Below are positions 1 to 8,790 of a DNA stretch of 33,705 nucleotides, piece after piece. Every line of letters begins with the position of its first letter. Position 1 is the stretch's first letter. The DNA lies in IMG/VR virus record IMGVR_UViG_3300032305_000087, positions 1 through 33,705 of that record, one strand, 5' to 3'. The stretch comes from a virus (Duplodnaviria > Caudoviricetes). The translations under genes were made by a program, and so were the position numbers. Below the pieces are notes generated by a model. That model was not told the DNA's origin. It ran no database searches and saw only the letters and a list, made by a program, of their open reading frames with translations.

Positions 1-324
1 AGGAAGAACTGGTCAAGCCTGATCCTGTGGAATTGTGAGCATCCTCGGAACAATGTGTTAACCCCAGACTACATTGATGACCACAGCGGCAGTGACTTGC
101 ATCGGTTTACCTGGCTACCCGACTCCCTGATTGGTGAGCTGCCTAAACAATGGAATGTGCTGGTAGGTGAGCAAGACAACCCCAATGCCAAGATAGCGCA
201 CTACACTCTGGGCATACCGGAGTTTTTCCATTATAAGGACTGCGACCACAGCAAGCCTTGGCACAGCACACGCAGCAGAATGCTAAACGGCCTCATCAAC
301 ATGAAGGAACAAGAAAGCGAATAG
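1..324 (+). CDS. Phage glycosyltransferase (GT-A, GT8-like), 5' truncated by the window edge
   Basis: Frame 1 is open from base 1 and reads RKNWSSLILWNCEHP...LHRFTWL...IGELPKQWNVLVGE...AKIAHYTLGIP, the RKNWSS / WN / HYT motif set of phage GT8-like transferases. Confidence 0.75.
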   Translation, partial: RKNWSSLILWNCEHPRNNVLTPDYIDDHSGSDLHRFTWLPDSLIGELPKQWNVLVGEQDNPNAKIAHYTLGIPEFFHYKDCDHSKPWHSTRSRMLNGLINMKEQESE

Positions 325-341
325 CTTGTTAGGACTTTTGT

Positions 342-668
342 ATGAATGACACAACTAAAGTAGCCAATAGTAGGAAGAAAGCCGGTGGGCGAGTAGCGGG
401 AACGCCAAATAAGGTCACAGCACAGGCTAGAGAGGCCATAGCGCTGTTTGTTGACGATAACGCACCCAGACTAGCCCAATGGCTTGATGCAGTCGCTAAC
501 GGCGATCCAGCTCATGATGTTAAGCCAAACCCAGCCAAAGCTTTTGAGCTGTTTCAAAGCGTGATTGAGTACCATGTCCCTAAGCTGGCAAGGACAGAAG
601 TCACAGGTGCAGACGGCGGCAGCTTGGTGGTCGAAATTGTGAAATATGCGGATACAAATTCCCAATAA
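342..668 (+). CDS. terS: Terminase small subunit
   Basis: GGRVAGTPNKVT N-terminal motif and C-terminal EVTGADGG; overlaps the start of terL. Confidence 0.75.
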   Translation: MNDTTKVANSRKKAGGRVAGTPNKVTAQAREAIALFVDDNAPRLAQWLDAVANGDPAHDVKPNPAKAFELFQSVIEYHVPKLARTEVTGADGGSLVVEIVKYADTNSQ

Positions 669-2013
669 CTGGCAACCCAGACACTACCAGCGCAAGGCTT
701 GGTCTTACCTTGAAAATGGCGGTAAACACGCTGAATTGATTTGGCACAGGCGATCTGGCAAAGATGATCTTGCACTAAATTGGGGCGCTGTAGCAGCGTT
801 TGAACGGCCAGCTAACTATTGGCACATGCTGCCTGAGTACGGCCAAGCCCGTAAAGCGATTTGGCAAGCTGTTAACCCTCGCACGGGCAAGCGCAGAATT
901 GATGAAGCATTCCCCAAAGAGCTGCGTAGCAATACCCGCGAACAGGAAATGCAGATCATGTTCAAGAACGGGTCAACCTGGCAGCTTGTGGGCGCTGACT
1001 CCTTTAATTCGCTGGTGGGTTCTACCCCTGCTGGTGTAGTTTTCTCAGAGTGGGCATTGACTAACCCTGCTGCAAGGGCTTATTTGCGCCCGATCTTGGC
1101 TGAGAACAACGGCTGGCAAGTCTACATAACCACACCCCGTGGCCGCAACCATGCGATGCGTACTTACAACGCAGCTAAGGAGTCAAGCGCATCTTTTGCC
1201 CAGCTTCTGACTGTTGATGACACTGGCGTAATCAGCCCTGAAAGGCTGGAGGAAGAGCGCAAGGCATACATCGCAGAATATGGCGCAGATGAGGGGATAG
1301 GGCTGTTCGAACAGGAATACTATTGTTCTTGGGCGGCGGCAATCTTGGGCGCTTACTACGCAAAAGAGATGCGCCAGGCTGAAAACGAGGGGCGCATCAG
1401 GGTTTTACCTTTTGATCCTGAAAGCCCTGTGTTTACGGCTTGGGACTTGGGCTATCGGGATGACACGGCGATCTGGTTCTATCAAGTAGTCAGGGGCGAG
1501 ATCAGGGTCATGGACTATTACGCAGTCTCAGGCGCAAGCATTGAGGAGATTGCTGATGTAGTCATTGGCAAGGGCTACCGCTACACCAAGCATTATTTGC
1601 CCCATGACGCTAGAGCCAAGACGCTGGCATCAGGTGGAAAGTCGATTGTTGAGCAACTGGCAGCGCACTTGGGCGGCATGGCAAAGCTGGCAATCGTGCC
1701 TGAAATTGGGGTACAGGACGGCATCCAAGCGGTGCGGATGATCTTGCCCTACTGCTATTTTGACCCTAGCTGCGATGAGGGGCTGGAAGCACTTAGACAG
1801 TACCAAAGAGAGTACGATGAGGAAAAAAAGGCTTTTAGGCAAAATCCTCGCCATGATTGGTGCTCACACCCTGCTGATGCGTTTAGAATGTTAGCAGTGG
1901 CCTACCGGCAAGAGAACAAAGACCTTGTGCCACCTAAAGGCAAAACCCTGCAAACCATTACTCTCGATGAGATGTGGGATTTTGAGACTACTCACAAACA
2001 GGAGCGAATATGA
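646..2013 (+). CDS. terL: Terminase large subunit
   Basis: Walker A-like WHRRSGKD, Walker B VVFSEW, coupling motif ITTPRG, nuclease motifs AWDLGYRDDT and HDWCSHPADAFR. Confidence 0.95.
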   Translation: MRIQIPNNWQPRHYQRKAWSYLENGGKHAELIWHRRSGKDDLALNWGAVAAFERPANYWHMLPEYGQARKAIWQAVNPRTGKRRIDEAFPKELRSNTREQEMQIMFKNGSTWQLVGADSFNSLVGSTPAGVVFSEWALTNPAARAYLRPILAENNGWQVYITTPRGRNHAMRTYNAAKESSASFAQLLTVDDTGVISPERLEEERKAYIAEYGADEGIGLFEQEYYCSWAAAILGAYYAKEMRQAENEGRIRVLPFDPESPVFTAWDLGYRDDTAIWFYQVVRGEIRVMDYYAVSGASIEEIADVVIGKGYRYTKHYLPHDARAKTLASGGKSIVEQLAAHLGGMAKLAIVPEIGVQDGIQAVRMILPYCYFDPSCDEGLEALRQYQREYDEEKKAFRQNPRHDWCSHPADAFRMLAVAYRQENKDLVPPKGKTLQTITLDEMWDFETTHKQERI

Positions 2014-2285
2014 GCCAGCCAGTAGCAGAATGCGGTGCATACAAAAACATCACCGCAACAGGCGATGTAACCACAGGCCCATGCCAGCTTCTTGGGTTTT
2101 ATGTCAACAGCACCAGCTCCGGCACTTTGGTGCTTAGAGACGGCGGCGCAAGTGGCACAGTCATGTCAGGCACGATCACTCCGGCCATTGGCTTTCACAG
2201 ATTTCCCGCAACAGTCGGTACAAGCCTTCACGCAACTGAAGGCGGTACGCTGGATGTAACCTTCTTCTTTGCTGCTGGCTTCTGA
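2010..2285 (+). CDS. Small Gly/Thr-rich hypothetical protein, probably a virion component
   Basis: ATGA coupling to terL with a GGAG RBS; beta-rich G/T composition. Confidence 0.7.
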   Translation: MSQPVAECGAYKNITATGDVTTGPCQLLGFYVNSTSSGTLVLRDGGASGTVMSGTITPAIGFHRFPATVGTSLHATEGGTLDVTFFFAAGF

Positions 2286-4582
2286 TGGCTTACGAAGACA
2301 CAGGCGCTTACGAGGGTGATGACCCTGGCCCGTACTGGCACGACCAGATAGCAAACGCTGAAAAGGTCTTTGACAAGTGGGACAGGCGAGGCCATAAGAT
2401 CATCAAGCGCTACCGCGATGAGCGCGATGCGGTAGAGATGCCAAGGATGAAGTTCAACATCCTGTGGTCAAACATTCAAGTGCTAATGCCTGCCCTGTAT
2501 GGGCGGCAAGCCAAGCCTGAAGTTTCACGCCGATACATGGATCAAGACCCTGTAGGGCGCTTGGCCTCCACCATGCTGGAGCGCGTGATCGAGTATGAAA
2601 CAACCCAATTTAACGACTTTGACAGCGCAATGGTTAACGCTGTGCAAGACCGGCTGCTGCCAGGTCGAGGCACAGTCTGGATTCGTTACGAACCTGTAAT
2701 CGTAGGTGAGCCAGCGCCCGAAGTTGAAGTCGAGCTAGCCGAAGGTGAAGAACCGCAAGTCTCTGACGTGCAAGAGTCGGGCGAGTCGATTGACGCTGCC
2801 CACAGCCCTGTGGATTACGTCTATTGGAGCGACTTTCTGCACAGCCCAGCCCGTACATGGGATGAGGTTTGGTGGGTAGCCCGTGCCGTCTACATGACCC
2901 GCGATGAGGGTGTGGAGCGCTTTGGCGATGTGTTTAAGAATGTCGGCCTGACTGACCAGAACACTGATGATGACGGCAAGAACCAGCAGACAGTCAAGAC
3001 CACCTTTGAAAAGAAGGCGAAAGTCTTTGAAATCTGGAACAAGCGCACTTTTAAGGTGTGCTGGGTTGCTAAGGGTTATCCCTTGTCCCTTGATGAGCGT
3101 GATGATCCGCTAGAGCTGGAAGGCTTTTTCCCATGTCCTAAGCCCCTGATTGCTACGACAACCACGGGAACAATGATTCCTGTTCCTGACTATTGCGAAT
3201 ACGAAGACCAAGCGCAAGAGCTGGACAACCTGACACAACGCATCTACATGCTGACCAAAGCCTGCAAGGTGGTCGGTGTGTTTAACGCTGAGTTTAAGGA
3301 GCTAGGTCGCCTGTTTACTGAGGGCATCGACAACAAGATGTTCCCTGTGACAAGCTGGGCAGCGATGAGCGAGAAGGGTGGGCTGAAGGGTGCTATCGAC
3401 ATGATGGACACTTCGCAGATCATCATCACGCTGCGCGAGTTGTATGCGGCGCGTGAGGCGGTCAAGCAGAGCATCTACGAAATCATGGGCATTTCGGACA
3501 TTCTGCGCGGCGCATCCAAGGCACAAGAGACTCTGGGCGCACAGCAGCTCAAGGCCAACTTTGGATCACTGCGACTCAGAAGCAGCCAGGGCGAAGTGGC
3601 TCGGTTTGCTACGGACATTTTTAAGCTCAAAGCGCAAGTTATCTGTAAGTTTTACCCTCCTGAGCTGATTGTCGAGATGTCGGGCGTGATGAATACGCCA
3701 GATGGTCAAGACCCGCAAATGCTGCAAGCTGCGATCCAGATGCTGTCAAACAGCACGATCCGCGACTTCCACATTGCAGTCGAGGCTGACAGCTTGGCTC
3801 AGATTGACGAACAGGCAGAAAAGCAAGGCGCACAAGAGGCTGTTCAGGCCATTGGGCTGTTCTTGCGTGAGGCCATGCCAATGGTAGGCTCTGCGCCTGA
3901 AACGCTGCCAATGGCCTCAGAAATGCTGCTGTTTCTAGTGCGCCGGTTTAAGGCTGGCAGGGGGCTGGAATCGGCTGTTGAACGGGCTATGAAGGCGCTG
4001 CAAGATAAGGCAGATCAAGCTGCCCAGCAACAGCCAGCGCCCGATCCGGAGCAAATCAAGATGCAAGCCTTGGCGCAGTCTGAGCAAATGAAGACGCAAG
4101 CGCAAGTGCAGTCAGACCAGATGAAGCTGCAAGCAGAAATGCAAATGGCGCAAGCCCGTGCTGAGTTTGACATGCAGATGCAGCAGGCCAAGACGCAGGC
4201 AGACATGCAAATAGCGCAGATGAGAACTGAGTTTGAGACTGTTAAGCAACAAAACGAGATGCAAATTAAGGCCAGAGAGATGGCCGGTAAGGAAGAATAT
4301 GAACGATGGAAAGCAGAGCTGGACGCAGCGACTAAAGTCTTGGTGGCTCAAATTGGTGCAAAAGCTGGCCTCGATCAAGCTGCGATGAGCGCACAAATGG
4401 CTGCGTCTGAGGAGATTGACGCAACGCTTGGCGATGGCATGACTGAGGCAATAGGCCGGTTAACAGACATGCACAGCCAAACGCTTGGGCAGCTCACGGG
4501 CGTGATGCAGGCAATCAGCGCACCAAAGCGCATCATTCGTGGGCCTGATGGTCGGGCGGCGGGTGTTGAGATTGTCACATGA
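2285..4582 (+). CDS. Portal protein (P22-like, with a long C-terminal Gln/Ala/Met-rich coiled-coil barrel)
   Basis: 765 aa after terL; FNILWSNIQ...PALY and SKAQETLGAQQLK portal-like motifs; Q-rich helical C-terminus. Confidence 0.88.
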   Translation: MAYEDTGAYEGDDPGPYWHDQIANAEKVFDKWDRRGHKIIKRYRDERDAVEMPRMKFNILWSNIQVLMPALYGRQAKPEVSRRYMDQDPVGRLASTMLERVIEYETTQFNDFDSAMVNAVQDRLLPGRGTVWIRYEPVIVGEPAPEVEVELAEGEEPQVSDVQESGESIDAAHSPVDYVYWSDFLHSPARTWDEVWWVARAVYMTRDEGVERFGDVFKNVGLTDQNTDDDGKNQQTVKTTFEKKAKVFEIWNKRTFKVCWVAKGYPLSLDERDDPLELEGFFPCPKPLIATTTTGTMIPVPDYCEYEDQAQELDNLTQRIYMLTKACKVVGVFNAEFKELGRLFTEGIDNKMFPVTSWAAMSEKGGLKGAIDMMDTSQIIITLRELYAAREAVKQSIYEIMGISDILRGASKAQETLGAQQLKANFGSLRLRSSQGEVARFATDIFKLKAQVICKFYPPELIVEMSGVMNTPDGQDPQMLQAAIQMLSNSTIRDFHIAVEADSLAQIDEQAEKQGAQEAVQAIGLFLREAMPMVGSAPETLPMASEMLLFLVRRFKAGRGLESAVERAMKALQDKADQAAQQQPAPDPEQIKMQALAQSEQMKTQAQVQSDQMKLQAEMQMAQARAEFDMQMQQAKTQADMQIAQMRTEFETVKQQNEMQIKAREMAGKEEYERWKAELDAATKVLVAQIGAKAGLDQAAMSAQMAASEEIDATLGDGMTEAIGRLTDMHSQTLGQLTGVMQAISAPKRIIRGPDGRAAGVEIVT

Positions 4583-5391
4583 GCTTAGTTTTAGCCGATA
4601 GGGTTCAGGAAACCACAACCACCACAGGTTCTGGGACGCTGACGCTAGACGGCGCGGTAACAGGCTTTCAAGCCTTTTCTGCGCTGGGCAACGGGAACAC
4701 CACCTATTACACAATCCAAGGCGAAACGCAGTGGGAAGTGGGAATAGGGACGTACTCGGCTAACACGCTAACCCGCGATACAGTCATCAGCTCATCCAGC
4801 GGCGGGGCTAAGCTAAGCCTGGCCGCTGGCTCAAAGCAAGTATTTGTAACGCTGCCTGCTGAGAAAACTGTTATATCGGTGGCGGGGCAAGTTGGCGCGG
4901 TGACGCTAAGCAACACAGACATCAGTGGCTTAGGGACAATGGCGACCCAAAACGCCAATGCTGTAGAAATTACAGGCGGCACAGCTACGCTGTCAAGCCT
5001 AAAAACAGTGACTGTTCAGGCCACCAATTCGGCAGGCTTGTCCCTCAAAAACGCATCGGGAACTACCCAGATAAACATGGGCGCAGGCGGTGGTGACAAC
5101 ATCTCCCTAAATGTATCGACTAACCTTAACGGCACAAATGCTCAAATAGACATCAGTCCTACGGGGACAGGCCATGTTCACATGAAACCTAGCGGCGCGG
5201 GGTCGGTTGAAATAGCGCCAACAAATGCCGGTACTTTGGACAACCTAGTCATTGGCGGCATAACGCCTAGAGCCGTGACCGCGACATCATTGACCACCAC
5301 AACTGGCACGATCTCCACTGCGCCAAGCGGCGGCACGGACATCGTAAACAAGACCTATGCGGACGGCCTAACTGCCAAATGGGGCGCTTAA
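4579..5391 (+). CDS. Fibre-like virion structural protein
   Basis: LADRVQETTTTTGSGT...WEVGIGT N-terminus, SVAGQVGAVTL and LGTMATQNAN fibre-type motifs, VNKTYAD; very T/S/G-rich. Confidence 0.7.
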   Translation: MSLVLADRVQETTTTTGSGTLTLDGAVTGFQAFSALGNGNTTYYTIQGETQWEVGIGTYSANTLTRDTVISSSSGGAKLSLAAGSKQVFVTLPAEKTVISVAGQVGAVTLSNTDISGLGTMATQNANAVEITGGTATLSSLKTVTVQATNSAGLSLKNASGTTQINMGAGGGDNISLNVSTNLNGTNAQIDISPTGTGHVHMKPSGAGSVEIAPTNAGTLDNLVIGGITPRAVTATSLTTTTGTISTAPSGGTDIVNKTYADGLTAKWGA

Positions 5392-5751
5392 ATGTTTGGC
5401 TACGCTGCCTTTGCACAGCTACCATTTGCGACCATTGGCACAACAGTCGTACCGCCACCACCCGCAGAAGTGTTTCTCGGTGGTCACTTTGGCTTTGATG
5501 AGCGCGATAAAGGCTGGGAACAGGACAGAAAGCTAGAATCCAAGCGCAGGGAGAGGATTAAAACCGCCTTATTTGGTCTGCCGCCCGATCAGCGGGAGAA
5601 AATCACCAGCTCACCCGTTCAGACCATTGAGATTGCGGCGCAAACTGTAATAACTTATGATGCGCTGATGTTGCAGATTCAAGAGCTGACAAAGCGCATT
5701 GAGTTTGAGCAAGATGACGAAGACTTTGAAACACTTTTGGAATTTCTATGA
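5392..5751 (+). CDS. Hypothetical protein
   Basis: Directly abuts the upstream stop codon and is ATGA-coupled to the next gene. Confidence 0.7.
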   Translation: MFGYAAFAQLPFATIGTTVVPPPPAEVFLGGHFGFDERDKGWEQDRKLESKRRERIKTALFGLPPDQREKITSSPVQTIEIAAQTVITYDALMLQIQELTKRIEFEQDDEDFETLLEFL

Positions 5752-6176
5752 AACGAACTTGGGTCTACCCCGTTGACGGCAGCGAACCTTACGAAGCAAC
5801 GCCTGGCGCATATCGCGGTGAGACAATTACCGCTGTTATGGGTGACATTGAGCCGTTCAGGTCGCCAGATGGCGTGATGATTACAGGTCGCAAGCAGTGG
5901 CGGGAACATTTAAAAGCCACAGACAGCATAGAAATGGGCCATTCTGATGTAAAGTATGCTCAACAAGAGTGGAACAGGAAAAAGGAAGTTCAGCGGGAAC
6001 GGCTAAAGGGTCAGGTCGCCACAGTGCAAGAGTTTGACCGGCCAGGCTCACCGATTGCGCCCATGCGGATGAGCAATCTGAATGTGGAGATGGCAAACCG
6101 CCTGCATAACAGGCCAATGCCAGAACGCAAAGAAATGATTAAAATGACTTTGGAACAAATGAAAAGGATGAAGTGA
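5748..6176 (+). CDS. Hypothetical protein (head module)
   Basis: Coupled on both sides; DIEPFRSPDG..ITGRKQWREHLK motif resembles small pre-scaffold phage genes. Confidence 0.75.
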   Translation: MKRTWVYPVDGSEPYEATPGAYRGETITAVMGDIEPFRSPDGVMITGRKQWREHLKATDSIEMGHSDVKYAQQEWNRKKEVQRERLKGQVATVQEFDRPGSPIAPMRMSNLNVEMANRLHNRPMPERKEMIKMTLEQMKRMK

Positions 6177-7207
6177 TGGATCAAGAAGTTGTCGCACCCG
6201 ACACACCAGAAGCCCCAACACCAGAAGCGCCAGCGGCAGAAGTCAAGGCTGAACCCAGCCGTGCCGATACGATCCGCGAGGCAATGAAGCAGGCTGATGA
6301 CAAGCCACCACGATTAGCCCGTGCGCCCAAAGAGGCAAAAGAAGCCAAGGCCACAGACCCCAAATTCCCCACTGAGAAGACTGAAGCTCCGAAGATGGCA
6401 GAAATGCCAAAGTCGTTGCGGCGCGAGCTAAAAGAGCATTGGGAGAAAGCCCCAAGCGAGCTACAGCAAGCCATTGCCCAGCGTGATGCTGACTACGAAA
6501 AGGGCATTGCCAGCTACAAAGCCCGCGATGCAGAGGCGAGGCAGATTACAGAGCAATTTGCACCCTACGAGTGGATTCTGCGAAACGAGAACACCACCCC
6601 AGCAGCGGCAATTGGCCCACTGTTGCAGACGGCAGCGCTGCTTCGGACGGGAACGCCACAGCAAAAGAGCCAAGCTGTCGCCCAGATGATCCAGCAGTTC
6701 CAGATTCCGCTGGATCAGGTGGCCTCATATTTCAATGGCGAGACTCCACAGCCAGAAAATACTCATTACAATCAATTAGCGCAGCAAGTACAGCAGCTTA
6801 CGCAGCACATCACGCAGAGCCAGTACGAATCGCAGAAACAGAATGAAAATCGAGCACTCTCGGTTATCCAGCAGTTTGCAGGCGACCCTGCGAACATGCA
6901 TTTTGAGGCAGTCTCTGACCGCATGTTGCAGCTTCTCCAAGCTCCACAGGTGCTAGGCGACACAAGTCAGATGTCAGAACGCGAGAAATTGCAACTGGCT
7001 TATGACACAGCAGTGCGGCTTGATCCAGCTATCGCGCAGCAGTTTTATGCTCAACAGCAACAAAACACGCAGGCAGCTAACCAAGTGCAAAGAGCAAAAA
7101 CAGCGGCGGTACAGGTACGAGGAGCACCAGGCTCTAGCATCAGTGGCGCTATTAATCAGACAGACCGGCGAGCCGTTATAGCCAATGCGCTGCGGCAAAT
7201 CGGATAA
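6173..7207 (+). CDS. Capsid scaffolding protein
   Basis: Acidic Pro-rich N-terminus, Q-rich helical body, located immediately before the major capsid gene; start may be ATG at 6176. Confidence 0.75.
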   Translation: MMDQEVVAPDTPEAPTPEAPAAEVKAEPSRADTIREAMKQADDKPPRLARAPKEAKEAKATDPKFPTEKTEAPKMAEMPKSLRRELKEHWEKAPSELQQAIAQRDADYEKGIASYKARDAEARQITEQFAPYEWILRNENTTPAAAIGPLLQTAALLRTGTPQQKSQAVAQMIQQFQIPLDQVASYFNGETPQPENTHYNQLAQQVQQLTQHITQSQYESQKQNENRALSVIQQFAGDPANMHFEAVSDRMLQLLQAPQVLGDTSQMSEREKLQLAYDTAVRLDPAIAQQFYAQQQQNTQAANQVQRAKTAAVQVRGAPGSSISGAINQTDRRAVIANALRQIG

Positions 7208-7221
7208 TTAGGAGTAAATTT

Positions 7222-8202
7222 ATGGCATACGCCAACGCAAATTACTCAGACGTATTGGCAACGACCATTGAAAGTCGTTCCGGCATTGTTGCGGATAACG
7301 TGACAAAGAACAATGCCTTGCTGACCCGTCTGCGCGAGAAGGGCAAAATGAAGCCTTTCTCTGGTGGTTCGACCATTTTGCAAGAATTGTCATTCCAAGC
7401 CAACAGCACAGCCATGTATTATTCTGGCGCTGAAACACTGAACATCTCCCCAGCGGATGTGATTAGTGCTGCTCAGTTCCCGATTAAGCAGGCAGCAGTG
7501 GCAGTTACGATCAATGGTTTGGAAATGCTCCAAAACAGCGGCGAAGAACAGATCATCGACTTGTTTGATGCCCGTTTGGACGTTGCCGAAGCATCTATCG
7601 AAAACTTGATCTCCACTGGTATTTACTCGGATGGTACGGCCAACAACGGCAAGCAGATCACTGGTCTGCAAGCTATGGTGGTTGCATCTCCGTCTACTGG
7701 TGTGGTCGGCGGTATTGATCGCGCTACATGGTCTTTCTGGCGCAACCAGACTTTCGACTTTACTACTGATCTTGGTGCTTCTGCATCTAGCTCAAACATT
7801 CAGTCGGGTTTTAACCGCCTGTATGCGAAGACAAGTCGCGGTTCTGACGTTGTTGACTTGATCCTGTTGGATAACAACCTGTGGGGCTTCTTCATGTCCT
7901 CACTGCAAAACATTCAGCGTTTCCCTGGCTCTAGCAAGATGGCCGAACTCGGCTTTGTTGCATCCAAGTACATGAATGCCGATGTGGTTCTGGACGGCGG
8001 TATCGGTGGAAATATTCCTACCGGCACAGGCTACTTCCTGAACACCAAGTACATTTTCTTCCGGCCTCACGCAAACCGCAATTTCGTCCCAATCGGTGAC
8101 GAGCGCATGAGCACCAATCAGGACGCAATCGTGCGCTTGATCGGTTGGGCTGGCAATATGACTGCCTCGGGACTCCAGTTCCAAGGCATCATGACTGAAT
8201 AA
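7222..8202 (+). CDS. Major capsid protein (HK97 fold)
   Basis: 326 aa after the scaffold, strong AGGAG RBS; ADNVTKNNALL, GKQITGL and GGIDRATWSFWRNQ motifs typical of this capsid family. Confidence 0.9.
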   Translation: MAYANANYSDVLATTIESRSGIVADNVTKNNALLTRLREKGKMKPFSGGSTILQELSFQANSTAMYYSGAETLNISPADVISAAQFPIKQAAVAVTINGLEMLQNSGEEQIIDLFDARLDVAEASIENLISTGIYSDGTANNGKQITGLQAMVVASPSTGVVGGIDRATWSFWRNQTFDFTTDLGASASSSNIQSGFNRLYAKTSRGSDVVDLILLDNNLWGFFMSSLQNIQRFPGSSKMAELGFVASKYMNADVVLDGGIGGNIPTGTGYFLNTKYIFFRPHANRNFVPIGDERMSTNQDAIVRLIGWAGNMTASGLQFQGIMTE

Positions 8203-8214
8203 GGAGCAAATATC

Positions 8215-8751
8215 ATGTCTAATGATTACGTCACAGACGGCAAAATCGGCATTGATCTGACGGCTACTTATGCGTCTACCAGTGCAGGCTCTACTTCCCT
8301 TTTTCCTGTCACGCCAGGTTCACGGGTTAACACGAGCAACAACGGCGTTTACATTTTTGTCAGAGCCGAAAGCACAATTGCTGCTTACGATGCTGTCATC
8401 ATGTCAACATACGCAGATTCGGCCAGCACCACTCCTGTGATGCGAGCTGTTCCTGTAACGACTGCCAACGCTGCTGCGCTGGGTTACAACATGGTCGGCT
8501 TTGCACAAACCGCAATCGCATCTAGCTACTACGGCTGGGTCGGTCTGAATGGTCTGCTGCAAGTTAACCTGTTGGTCGGTTGCAATCCTAAAGTGCCGTT
8601 GTATACAACTGCAACAGCGGGTTCACTGGACGATACAACTGTGTCGGCTGGCTTTATCCAAGGTATTGTGGCTAACACATCGGCCACCAGCGCAAGCGCA
8701 CCATATTGCATGGTGAACAACGCTGGCCTGATGCCATCTAACCCTGTGTAA
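8215..8751 (+). CDS. Capsid decoration/cement protein, Ser/Thr-rich
   Basis: Follows the capsid gene with an AAGGAG RBS; GVYIFVRA and YYGWV motifs; about one residue in five is S or T; followed by a terminator. Confidence 0.65.
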   Translation: MSNDYVTDGKIGIDLTATYASTSAGSTSLFPVTPGSRVNTSNNGVYIFVRAESTIAAYDAVIMSTYADSASTTPVMRAVPVTTANAAALGYNMVGFAQTAIASSYYGWVGLNGLLQVNLLVGCNPKVPLYTTATAGSLDDTTVSAGFIQGIVANTSATSASAPYCMVNNAGLMPSNPV

Positions 8752-8757
8752 AAAATT

Positions 8758-8789
8758 GGCCTCTCCCTTAAAAAAGGAGGGGTCTTTTT
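8758..8789 (+). terminator. Intrinsic terminator after the capsid/decoration genes; stem includes the RBS of the next gene
   Basis: GGCCTCTCC (8758-8766) pairs with GGAGGGGTC (8776-8784), followed by TTTTT. Confidence 0.75.
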
Positions 8790-8790
8790 A

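Noticed and set aside
4020-4290. Q/A/M-rich repetitive DNA in the portal gene as a repeat element
   Set aside because: Explained by the coiled-coil barrel of P22-like portals; no exact nucleotide repeat unit
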